Of a stretch of DNA of 64,000 nucleotides, positions 1-13,100 are shown piece after piece (within the stretch, counting starts at the first letter, position 1; every line of letters starts with the position of its first letter). Origin of the DNA: Lytechinus pictus (Eukaryota); the NCBI RefSeq assembly GCF_037042905.1, contig NC_087254.1, positions 19,592,001 to 19,656,000 on the forward strand, given 5' to 3'. The notes beneath the pieces were generated by a model. The model saw nothing but the letters and a program-made list of their open reading frames with translations, ran no database searches and was not told where the DNA came from. The translations under genes were made by a program, and so were the position numbers.

Positions 1-900
1 ATCGCCACCATATTAACCATCATCATCACCGTCGTCGTCATTGTTATTGTCAACTTTATTTTCATCAACTTNNNNNNNNNNNNNNNNNNNNNNNNNNNNN
101 NNNNNNNNNNNNNNNNNNNNNNNNNNNNNNNNNNNNNNNNNNNNNNNNNNNNNNNNNNNNNNNNNNNNNNNNNNNNNNNNNNNNNNNNNNNNNNNNNNNN
201 NNNNNNNNNNNNNNNNNNNNNNNNNNNNNNNNNNNNNNNNNNNNNNNNNNNNNNNNNNNNNNNNNNNNNNNNNNNNNNNNNNNNNNNNNNNNNNNNNNNN
301 NNNNNNNNNNNNNNNNNNNNNNNNNNNNNNNNNNNNNNNNNNNNNNNNNNNTAACCATCATCATCACCGTCGTCGTCATTGTTATTGTCAACTTTATTTT
401 CATCAACTTCACATTAAATTCATCTTTTTCATCATCATCATCACCACCATCATCACCGTCATAATTATCACCATTACCATCCTCATCACCATCATCATCA
501 CTGTAATCATCACCATNNNNNNNNNNNNNNNNNNNNNNNNNNNNNNNNNNNNNNNNNNNNNNNNNNNNNNNNNNNNNNNNNNNNNNNNNNNNNNNNNNNN
601 NNNNNNNNNNNNNNNNNNNNNNNNNNNNNNNNNNNNNNNNNNNNNNNNNNNNNNNNNNNNNNNNNNNNNNCATCATCGCCACCATCATCACCATCATCAC
701 CATCGTCACCATCATCACTACCACCATCATCAACATCATCCCCATCATCACCATATTAACCANNNNNNNNNNNNNNNNNNNNNNNNNNNNNNNNNNNNNN
801 NNNNNNNNNNNNNNNNNNNNNNNNNNNNNNNNNNNNNNNNNNNNNNNNNNNNNNNNNNNNNNNNNNNNNNNNNNNNNNNNNNNNNNNNNNNNNNCATCAA
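1..900. repeat. Degenerate (CAT/CAC)n microsatellite interrupted by three N runs
   Basis: Trinucleotide CAT/CAC-rich tract with a recurring longer unit (caccgtcgtcgtcattgttattgtcaacttt at ~27 and ~365). The ORFs here are low-complexity or N artefacts. Confidence 0.9.
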
Positions 901-2726
901 ATTCATATATCAAACATCACATTTCAAATAAGTTGAATCTAAACATTATTTGTAACTTGATCACCAATGACTTCGTTCATGGAAATCTGTATTTCTACCA
1001 TGGTAGTTTGGCTATAATGACAATATTACCAACATACAAAAATTGCAAGAATTTAAACTAATATTTCTAAAATGGAGAGGGAAGAGAAAAGTGAAGTATC
1101 AAATAAAGATATCATTACCCATTTTATTCAAAGGAGAAAGTGTTTCCAATAGGTAATCTTGTCGCCCCCCCCCCCCCAAAAAAAAAAAAAACTGCTCTGG
1201 TACCAACCCTGAATAGGTTAATGAATCAGGCCCACTGCATACTCTCTATAATTAAATGGTAATCATGAATAAATTGCACAAGGATGACAAAATCAAATAA
1301 ACAATATGATTAAATCATTTTAATGTTATATTGAATATCAAATACATGTAAATATCTTTTCTATTATTTCTTTGTAATTTGACCTGATAGACACAATATC
1401 AGATTTGTTTACCTTTTCTGGTTTATCATTGAGATGGAAAATAATGATGCAGATGGAACATTCATTAACTTTGAACATTAATTTAGAATAATTTTATTAT
1501 CCAAATGGCAGTGCCAAACACTCCATGCTTATCCATACCATGGCATGCATGTATTAATAGCTGAATTCAAATAGTAGCAGTTACTTAATAATGCCTTGCA
1601 TCATATATTGAAAACAAATGTTCCATCAAGAATTAAAATCTATTTTGAAAGTATTTTCTGTCTCGGCAAGTAGCTGCCCAAATTAATCATTGCTATAGAT
1701 ACACCAATACAATTCTAAACAATTTCTTTCAACTTAAATCCAACTCATTGTAAGCATTAAATGAGTATATCAAATTTGCAATTTTGAGAAAGAAATTGCA
1801 TCAGATATTGCATTTACTGCAAAATTTCTTTCAAAGTACTTATCTTTTAAAGTACTAATAACAGAAGATATAATGTACATGAAAACTCCCTTTTCCAACT
1901 AATAAATTTGATTTTGGATAGCTTCCAATAACGTAAGCAATTAGACATTGATGTATTCAGACCTTTAAAAAGACATTGTTTAAATTCATCAATAAATCAA
2001 AGTATTTGAATGCTGTGACAAACAAAATGTTTTGATAACGAAATGTCGTTTAGTGAAAGTGGGGTCAGAGTCCTGCTATGTAACATGATATCACATCTTT
2101 GCATGTACAGGGGTGCTCAAAAGTTGGAGAACCCCACCAGAAAATGTACATATTTAAAGTGTTCAAGTTCTGCCATGTTTTAGATATATATTTGTGAAAT
2201 CAGGTAATAAAATATTACATTCAATAAAGTTTGTTTCTCTGGGCTTGCCAAACATTGTAGTGTTGTTGTCTACATTCAACACTCAGCATGACGGAGTGCA
2301 TTTTGTGGTAGGGTTCAATAACCTTTGAGCTCAACTGTATGTATCAACATGAGCCCAAGTGCTCTGTGGGGGTCGTAGACCAGCAATGACCATAACATGG
2401 GGGAAAACTATTCAACTACTCATCTCTGGAATATTTTTAGTAGGTTGAGAAACATGTCTTCGACGATCGGAGATCTGCAACATCAAGCTTAGTGATTGAC
2501 TGAGGGGTCGATCTTTTTTTTACAGCTGATTGCATGGATTATTGTGTATGATCAATCATAAATTTCAGTCCCATAATCAAAATAACCAATTGCTAAGCAT
2601 AACGTTTTAGAGCCCGTTGCTTGTAACTCAGTAAATGAAGCAGTAATCCTGAAAACTTCATAGTTTGTTATACAGTTAAAAGAATAAATATTTTGTGTAT
2701 GAAGAAGCTGTAATATCAACACATTA

Positions 2727-2887
2727 GGTGCCGCGGAATGGGGGGGGGGGGAGGGTTGTGTGGGCTTCAGCACCTATCCCACTTTTTCAAAAACGGTGTA
2801 CGAAAACGTAAACATTTCCATCTGATTGTGATTTTTGGCATGGTCAGCCCCCCCCCCCCCCACTTTTAGAACTGTTCCGTGGCCCCT
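2727..2887. mobile_element. Short poly-G/poly-C interspersed repeat (MITE-like); further copies at 20494-20637 and 49055-49229
   Basis: Three dispersed copies share a core (cccactttttccaaaaccgtg..aaaacgtaaa..accatatgattgtgattttt.gcatggtcagcccccc..aaaaccgttccgcggcccc) and G/C homopolymer arms. Confidence 0.7.
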
Positions 2888-3392
2888 TAACATAATATCA
2901 GACAAGGTTTCAGATACAGTGAACATGATACAGCAATCAACTGTACTTATGATTATTAAGTGAAATATGAACATCGCTATCTATACAGATTCAGAACAGG
3001 AAGGATGTAAACGTTATGTATATGGGATGGAATACCTCTTCCAGATAAAGATTAAACCTAAACAAATGACCAAAATATACTACTAAGAGTTATGAAGAGA
3101 AAGGATAATGTCAAATCAAATAACCATCATTTCAAATGAGAAAAAAAATATTAAAAGAGAGGTAAATCGTTTGAGTGCATTCTCATGGGCAAACAGTTTT
3201 TATCAGATATCCCAGTCACTTTTACTCACTGGGCCAGAAAAAACACCAGAACAACCAAGATTGGCCCCCAAGTAAAGCCTGGATAGGCCTGAAAAGAGGA
3301 GTGGTCAGGGTCTGAAATCAGTCAAAGGCCTAAAACTTACATCTCTGCTTCAATAACGGTATTATCACCATTACATATTTGTTGAACATAGT

Positions 3393-3794
3393 TTAAAGAT
3401 AAATTCCAGTTTTGGTAACGATCTAAAAATGACTTTTTACAGAATCTAATATAATGACCACCTAAGTGTCTGTTTGTATGAATAAAAAATATGTGCCGAA
3501 GGATTCTGGAAGAAATTGTGTAATTGCTGAGAAATAAGCAAAATAAGCGCGGATTCGGTCACTTCCGTCGGGTCTTTATTTTAGCAATAATAATACACTG
3601 TCCCACATGTGCCTATCTGTGTTGGTGATCTTCAGTGTGAACATTTTTCAGCGTAGATTTCAAGATTTCACAAAGTTCAGTTTATGTAACTGTACCAGAT
3701 CTAGATCCTCGATGATATACTGACAATTAAGCCTTGTTTTACAGACTTTCTCATGAAATCAGTGTTTACTGCAAATACTGGAATTTCTCTTTAA
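3393..3794. mobile_element. TTAA-flanked MITE (Kolobok/piggyBac-type); second copy at 8596-9000
   Basis: ttaa|agataaattccagt ... actggaatttctct|ttaa terminal inverted repeats. A closely similar ~400-bp copy lies at 8596-9000 in an ASPSCR1 intron. Confidence 0.8.
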
Positions 3795-4168
3795 GCATTT
3801 GATTTTGGTACCACCATTGCCTTTAATAGGTATAATTATGATCATCCATTGGTGCTGCATCTCTTACTTGAGCCTGGTGTAAATTAATTCAAACTTAATA
3901 TCAATAGCAGCTCTGTGATGAATAAAGTGATTTGTGAATGCCTCGTATTCAATCTTTATCAATTCAACTCACATAAAACAATAAATTCTCCAAAACAGAG
4001 AGAAGGTCGATGGCTTATCCAATGACACAAAAGGTACAATCACTTGACCGCTTAGGCAAAAATGTAATATAATGATAGAAATTAAAAAGTTACTATCGTT
4101 TGTAAACACTGATTGTATCTTCTCACGTTACTGCAACCAGATCCCACTTTGAAGAATGAAAAAGCGTA

Positions 4169-7100
4169 TCACCTTTTGCCTGTTAAGAAACAGATAAAAC
4201 AAAAGAAAACAAAATAAAAGTGATAAATCTTTGGTCTTAGCATGGCACAGGCATGGATTGAGGGGAGGGGGGGATGGGGGTGCCTGCGATGATTAGTGTT
4301 CCCCTTTCATACTTCCTCCACTCCCTTTGGAAGGAAATCAGTCCATTCTTTGTTATTTTTTTGCTTGTCAATATTTTTGGGGTTATGATATTTTTTTAAA
4401 TGGTATCCTTTTTTTTTGGGGGGGAGGGGTGGGGTCATTGGATATATTTAGGAATTCATTGCCTTTTTTTTGTTTCTTTCTTTGATGCTATGCAACATAG
4501 ATCTGTTTTCTGTGCAACCCCCCCCCCCCCTTCAATAAAACCCTAAATCCAACCACTTATATGGTAAAGATGATGATATCTTTCTACACGATGTATCACC
4601 CACAAAGAATATATATGGTAATCATAAATTGTGTTGAGCTTATCGAGATAGGCTTGTAAGGCAGTAAGCCACTGCTTTCAAGCATTAACAACCAAGTTTT
4701 TATGTAATATTTCTATAGTGCTTCATCCAATGTTTATAAGCACTGCATATTGTACGCCTACTTAGCTTGTTGTAAGCGAGCAAATGGGAGGCTGAATGTC
4801 ACACATTCATACCGTTGCACACAAGACGTACCATCCAAAATGTACCGTTGCACGGCTTTAAGAGGTCACGTCACAATGCGCGTATAGCCCGCTGGCTAAA
4901 TGCGCAATGCTGTCCAAGATCATGTGCGCTTGTGGGATTTTGCTTTTCGCTTTCAATATTTTTGCTCCCTTTCTATAGATTACTGCAGGGAAAAACTCTT
5001 GTTTAAAAAAAATATTTTCGCTAGATTCCGAGGCGTTCTACAACACAAATAGCGAATATTCTTATTCGTGCAATGGTGCGAGATTTTGCATTCGGTGAAA
5101 GAAAGAAACGCTCTATTCAACTCAGCTAACGCCTCGTTGAATAGAGCATCTTTCTTTCACCTCATGCGAAATCTCGCACCATTGCACTCATGCCTATTCG
5201 CTATTTGTATACTATTACCCCAGCCTTAGCATGACTACCCATATTGGGCACTTAAGCATTCCATGAATTTATTCCAATCAGGTACCCATTTTACCCTTTA
5301 CTACACCTATATGGAGATCGGCGTATGTACATAAACACCTTGCGCAATGATGCGAAAGAAGGACCTACTGCCCATGGATACAAATAAAACTTACCCATCT
5401 TGAACCACTTCGGTACTTTGGTGGAGCCAATGGCCGAGTTGGATGGTGAAGCCTGCCTCTTCTGTTGAGTGGATGATGATGACCCAAGGTCCCCGGAGGT
5501 CGATGGCCGGTCTTCTATAGACGAGGATGCAGCTGAACCAGAAGTTGATGTACTTTCTGCTGATATTGATCTTGTAATGCCAGTATTCATACTGTGTATT
5601 GAATAAAAAATGAAATCACCATTAATGGATGTCTAAGCGTTCATTCAGAAATGATTACTTTCTTTTCAAAATCATTCAGAAAGCTTAGCCAGTACTCAAA
5701 TGATATAACATGAACATAAAATGTTTTAATATTTGGAATCATAATCATAGATGTAATAAAAGCCAACACCCCATTCACAAAAGACATATTTCCATCCAGT
5801 TATTTCATTCTAAAATGTACATGTATATCAAACTTGCCCAATAATATGCACACTGATTTCAAATCCATTCAGAGTTTATTACAAGTATAATAGATTTACC
5901 CTTCTCTTAACAATGTTCAGAGTCATGTCATATGTATACCAATGGAAATGTGGGTGTGGCTAGTATGACACACCCCTTCCATTCCCCTTGATATGTAAAC
6001 ATAAAGATTTTCTACACTATCTTATTGCCCATTATAATACCTACGTTTTTGCTACGACACATTCTGCTTGAAGGAGGGATGCCAAGTCACCCAGAGCATC
6101 CTCGTGGAGGTAATGATCTGGAATAGAAAAAATAAATCAGAAGTCAAGTTTGGGACCCTACCAACCATTCAGGATTGAAAATCATCTTCAGCATTGTTCA
6201 CATTACAAATATTTCAAGGTACAATTATATTCATGTATACTATGGAAGTGACACGGCTGAGTGGTCTCGGGCGCCCAACAAGATACATGAAAGTCCATGG
6301 TGTGAAACCTGGTGGGCGTTTCGTAAAGCTGTTTGTAAGATAAGAGCGACTTTAAAAACGACCGGTGATCCTGTCTTGTGGTAAAGAGTGTATTCATTGG
6401 CGATGGTTTGGCATGTAAGAAAGGTTCACCAGTCGTTCTTAAAGTCGCTCTTAACTTACGAACAGCTTTATGAAATGGCCCCCCGGTAGAGTTTCATAAA
6501 GCTGCTCGTAAAGTTATGCATGACTTTATGGATGAATGGAACATGTTCTCAGATGCTAAGTCAGCTACATAGGAATATAACATTGAGCACAAGAAAGGGT
6601 TACCAATCATGCATATAGTCATTTGTATCTTATGATCAGCTTCATGACACACCCACCAGGTCACGTCACTTCTGTCCTGGAGCAATGTGACATTGAAGAG
6701 CCATCCCGGGTGTTAACAAAATCTGATTGATAGAAATATATGTAAAAATAAAAAACTAATGTGTCACTGAGCTCTTCATAATCATTTAAAAGTAAACAGA
6801 TGCTGGACTTTTTGTGGACTGTTCAGAGCTAGTGTCGCAGCCCTGTCTGCAATTAACAACATGAGAATAATCCTTCAAATCAACATGGTTTAATCTCAAG
6901 AAAAGTCAGTTTTATAAACTTCTTACCCCTTGTAACTAGGGAACCAAAATGGACAACAGCAGCGGGAAACAGCTTTGCCTGGAAAATATAAAATATCAAC
7001 GATCTTTATGCTAAAGAAAAATATGAATCTTATTCATTTTTCTCTGATGGTACAACACACACAAGCCATTTACCAGACAGATGTTCAATGTCTTAATCTG

Positions 7101-10100
7101 TTGGAGACGAGTAAATAGCATAAATTTCTATATTCAAAATAACCCAACAGATAAATAATGCAGAAATATAATTTACCAAACTTAAAAAAAAGGGATTGTC
7201 AAGCATCTGAATGCAAATATTTTTATTTGAAGAAAAAAAATATTAGGGTAATGGGAAATTAACACCAATTATGTTAAAACAGGAGAATATTGGGCTATCT
7301 AGTTTAAAAATAGAAGTCACCAGTCATATGTATTGTCAGGTGTAACTTTCTTGAATGGGCCCTTAGTCTCAGGCCATGAAGTTCTGGCATTCCAAGATTT
7401 ACATCAACAGCACAAATTTCTTTTCTTAAAAGTGATTGTTTTAATGCTAATTTGTGTATTTATTCCATTTTCATATGTATGAGCAATAGATGGCTAACGT
7501 AAGTTTGCTTGGCTATTGTTCACAAAGCCATGTACATGTATATTGTACATTTCAATACTTTTTCAAAAATATCAATATACAGGCATACAATACCTTGAAG
7601 AGGGTCTCTGACATATCTTTCAAGACTGTTTTTGGTGGAGTTGTATCTAAAATATCAAAATATCAAAAGGGATAATGAGAAATAAATGAATAAATGCATC
7701 ATCATTTTATTCAATCAATTATACTAGAAACAAAACATAGGATTAAGTTTCAATGTTTAATTAAAAAGAAAAAGTTTGGTTAAAATTATTCTCAGTTATG
7801 ATGTATGGGTATAGCTGAAATGAAATAACATCTGTAATGGAAGTGCTGTACTTGCCAGATAAAAATACCAGTACGCAGATGCACTAAATTGAATAAAATT
7901 TTCAAGTTCAACTTATCTGAATTCAGATTTCTTTAGCACCATGATGGTATCGCTGCATCCCAATGGTCAATACGATAGTAAAATCGAATAAAGGATTTCA
8001 CAGTAATTAACATTGCATGGTAAAGTTATGATAGTACAGCTCTTACACAACAGGGCCAATGACCCTTCACAGAGTAAATTATTCTTGTCTTATATTCATA
8101 ATATCATTTTCTTCTTAATCCACAAGTACAATAAAAGATGATAGTTGATGACGTATAAGAGTGACTTACAAAGATGAAATGATTGCTCTTTGTCGGCTAA
8201 ATTAGATTTCACAAATTCCTTCACAGCTTCAACTACGGCAAACAAAAGAATAGGAAAGTATGCAAACAACAGTCAAAACATGAAATATCAGAGGAAACAT
8301 GATAGTTTTCTAAAAACTTAATTATTTTGTATCTAACATACAATTTTCAGCATTATTCACATAGAATAGGATAACATTGCAGTAACTTACATGGAAATCT
8401 TTATGTGCCGTTGAATTCAAGTTACATAGAATTAGGGAATCCCTGGCTCTTTACTATCAAAGCCTATTCTGTGATTTCAATTAATAAGACTTTGACAAAG
8501 ATAACTGCAGTCCCTACAGGTGTGAATCACTACAGAGAAACACAACATAACATAAGACAATGAACATTACTCTCCTTCCCCTTACAAAAATAGCATTAAA
8601 GATAAATGCCAGTTGTGGTAACGATCTCAAAATGATTTTTTACAGAATCCAATAGAATGACCACCCAAGTGTCTGTTTGTGTGAATAAAAAATATGTGCC
8701 AAAGGATTCTGGAAGAAATTGTGTAATTGCTGAGAAATAAGCAAAATAAGCGCGGATTCGGGCATTTCCGTCGGGTCTTTATTCCAGCGATAATAATATA
8801 AACTGTCCCACGTGTGCCTATCTGTGTTGGCGATCTTCAGTGTGATCGTTTTTCAGCTTAGATTTTATGATTTCACAAAAATCAGTTTATGTAACAACAC
8901 CAGATCTAGATCCACACTGATATAGTACTACTAAACCTTGGTTTTACAGACTTTCTCATGAAATCAGTGTTTTACTGCAACTACTTTCATTTAGCTTTCA
9001 TCCATGGAGAAGACTCATTTGTTACAAAAGTAAAATCACTGAATGAGGAAGATATATCCTCCACTTACCCGTTTCCTGAGGCCTGAAGAATCCCTGTAGA
9101 ATGATACGGTCTGGGAAGTGGATCCTAACCACAACCTACGATACAAATAACAAACCAATATCCAAATAAATGCTTTTGTCACAGCTTTGATAAAAAGTGG
9201 TTAAAATCCAAGGCCTGGTATGACTGCTTAAAAAGAAATGACTACAACAAACACCATACATGAAGAAAAGAATAGTAGAAAGACAATGAAAGATTAGATC
9301 ATAGTATTCTTGGTGAAAAAAATAAATCTTACCTTCTCATATTTCTTCATCTTCATCTTATCCTGAGCTTCTCTCATGGCCTTTGTTTCTAGTTGTTTTC
9401 CAGAATCAGCACTATAAATGGAAAAAAAAGGGAATGTCATTCAGTCCAATGTAGATTCATAAATTATGCAACAAAAGTAGTATTTGCTTTTCTTTTGGTC
9501 AGTCAAGGATTCAATTACTTGAAATAAATGCATAAATCACCTCATTCTGAACAAAAGGTTCATTTAAAATGTCACCGCATGGAAAAGTAGACTTGAATGA
9601 AAGAAAAAAGCTTTGTTATATCAGGAATTTATCATGATTCTATCAAAAGCTTCTAAAAATTTACAATAATTGAAAAAAAATATCATAATATAAAAATAGT
9701 TGGAGTTGACATCATTGCCTCCTCTTTTGCATACTGCCCTGGACATACGTATTGCTGTTTTGTGGAAATAAGCAAAACTTTGTAACACAAATACTCTTTT
9801 AATCTACAGAAGGTTCTTTTCTGGAAGAAATACAAAGTGTTTTCCAAAAGACTGATTTGTTTGAATGAAGAGTTGTGGAGAGACACGGTCAATCCTAAGC
9901 ACAATCTAAAGATATCCCTTTACTCATCAAATGTTTTGATTCCATCCCTAGATGCCAATTGGTTGATTTCAAACCTCTGCAATTCTATTATGAAGTTAAT
10001 CAACAAACCTTTGATGTCTGAGATCAGAAAGCCTCTTCCTCACATCATCCACCGTCAGATCAAAAAACTCATCAGGAACATCGCTAGATTGGTCAAATTT

Positions 10101-13100
10101 GATCTGATCCTGGTCTGGAGAAAAGACTAGTTGATTCCTCTCACAAGGCTTTGATAATAATTAAAAAAAAATCAATATTTGATTTTGCATTTTATTATTT
10201 TAGTAGTTAAATTATCAATACTAAAACCATACCAGTTGAGGCTATGGTGAGACTAATAGAGTAAATTTTTCAATATCATTTATGAAATTACTTTTGTGAT
10301 GATTAATATGATTCACAGGAGACTAAATAAAGAATAAATGAGTGATATGCATACCTTTGAACTAATGTCTTGTTTCATTTTTCCTTTGCCTTTATCAGTT
10401 TCTTCTGTGTTCTTTGGTTCTGGAAACTGATAGAATGGAAAAGTTTGTTATGAAGTGCAAATATAAATGATTATAAATGTATAAGAAAGAAGGAGAGAGA
10501 AAGATACAAATTGTAACAATATATGACTTAAAAATATAATTTGAAATTCTTATAAAACTTGAACTGCTAATGAAATGTATGTTTGTTTGGTAAGAATCTA
10601 AAGGTAATATACACCAGAGGGATTGAGGCCGTTTCAAAAAGATTTAAGAGCGACTTAAAGAGCACTTAATTTCCCAGTTGCTAATGAAATGTATGTTTGT
10701 TTTGTAAAAATGCTAAAGGTAATATACACCAGAGGGATTGAGGCTGTTTCAAAAAGATTTAAGAGTGACTTAAAGAGCACTTAACATCCCAGTTGCATAT
10801 CATATGTAACACACCAACGCACTGATCATATTATTGGTAAGTGCACACTCATTAATGCATATCTATCAACAAGATTGTGCATTAAATGAGACACACGCTA
10901 GCATTTCACGCTAAACTTTTGAAACAGCCATCATGATTTAACAACAACATTCATCCATCCACAATGTTTACCTTAAAGTCAGCAAAAGCATGAACAGGTG
11001 GTTTGGGTTCTCTCCTACGAGGAGGTTGATGGTTCATGACTCCTTGTGATTGCTGTGCCATAGAATCCATCAGAGCTTCCTCCATTGACTTCACCATCTG
11101 AACGAAAATAACAGTGAATAATTGCCAAACAATGTTCATATATCACTTTTCTTCAGCAATGCATAACATATAAACCAATTGCAATGGTTCATAAGGTAGT
11201 ATTTATTGTCCAAATAAATAATTAGAAATTTGCAGTTTTACATGGTATTGAACATACAAAACATAACATAGAAAATGAACATATTTGAAAAAGTCAAACA
11301 TTGACATGCTATATACGAATATACACGTGCATAGGATTTAGAGCGTTTTGTGCAATCAAATTGACATAAAAATTAAGATGGAAATTTGAATTTGAATTGG
11401 AATTAGAACTAATATTAGAAATTGAAATGGAATTGGAATTAAAGTCAGTAAAATAAAATAAGGCAATGGATGGACTATAATGAGATCCTTTGTAGAAAGA
11501 GACACAATCAAATGTAAAATTTCCAACTAATCAAAAGCTAGCATTTAAAAAAAATCATAATTGAAATCTATGTGAATGACAGAACATTTGCTCTTGATCT
11601 AGAAAGGTCATGTTGGCATACTTTGTAATAGTGTGACACAATTACCTGTGTTGCCATTTTCAATTTTTCAAACTGGCTAAATTAAAAAAATAACTTTACG
11701 AACTGGAAATATATTAAAGAAAATTTAGTTCTGACTTGTGACAGGTTATTGACTAACCTCTTCTTCTTTTTCAAGTAGGTTCTGTATCCTTCTCCTTGCA
11801 TATTCATCCAGAGTCATTCCTTCCTGCTTCTCAATGTCCTTTACAACTTTCTCTGTTTTCTCTTCCTTTGATATTCCTTCTTCTTTGCTTGTAGAAGGTT
11901 GGTGACTCTCTTTTGGCCTTACACTCTGATCTTGAGCTACTGTCCTTTCTTTGAGGAGTGAGTTATCACATTCAATAGCAGGAGAATCGGCCTGTTCGGA
12001 TTTCGTTTCTACCACATCAACTTCCATTACAGAATCGTCCCTATTATCAGAAGTGGTACAGTCCATGGCTGTAACGTTGGAACTAGTTTTCTGGGCAAGT
12101 TCATTAGTAGGAGGTGCATTTTCAGTCAATTGAGGTGCTGGTTTTGATTCAATACTTGTTGGCAAATGACATTCTGCCACTTGGCCACCCCTTTGTGCAT
12201 CTATGGACTGATCCGATGATGCTGAAGCTTGTGCTGTGGTGGAAGAATCCATTTGATTTGAAGGGTGAGCAGGAGTATCAGCAATTGGCATTTTCTTTGG
12301 CTGGACTTTCTTCGGTGGTGGTGGAAGTTCAACTTCTCTATGCAATAACCTAAGAAACATTAAATCATAAAATAAAAATATGTGTCTTTGTCTAATACAA
12401 TAATTCATTTCTATCTCAGCACAAAGAGTTGTATATCGTTGATGGGCTACTAAAACCTTGTATCTCTGAATTTTACATTTTATGAACAACTCAGAAAAAG
12501 TAGTACTCTATAATTAAGGCATACATTATATTCTACACTTTCAGATGAAACAACTATTCTAAATCTAATATCAAGATATATTCATTTATATCCCTTACTG
12601 AAAATTTGTTGCTATTTGATTGGTCGAGAGCCCTTTACGTGACTTATCATAATTTCACCAGAAAAAACAAAATTCATCAGAGATCACAATAGATTGTGAC
12701 GTCAGTGTAGAATAGTTTTTTTTTATACTATTTTGCGTCTGACAGCAAACCACCCGATCAGGAACCGGCTAGCAGATGATAAGCCAATTTGCTTACCGTA
12801 AATTAGAGCTAAGCCGATCTAGATTTTGTCCAGATCATGGAGATGAGCCAATTAGGACTAAATTACCAATATAATTTCACCAGAAAAAACAAAATTCATC
12901 AGAGATCACAATAGATTGTGACGTCAGTGTAGAATAGTTTTTTTTTATACTATTTTGCGTCTGACAGCAAACCACCCGATCAGGAACCGGCTAGCAGATG
13001 ATAAGCCAATTTTGCTTACCGTAAATTAGAGCTAAGCCGATCTAGATTTTGTCCAGATCATGGAGATGAGCCAATTAGGACTAAATTACCAATATTTTTC

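Noticed and set aside
41-931. 296-aa and 282-aa ORFs at the window start
   Set aside because: Products of a CAT microsatellite and N runs.
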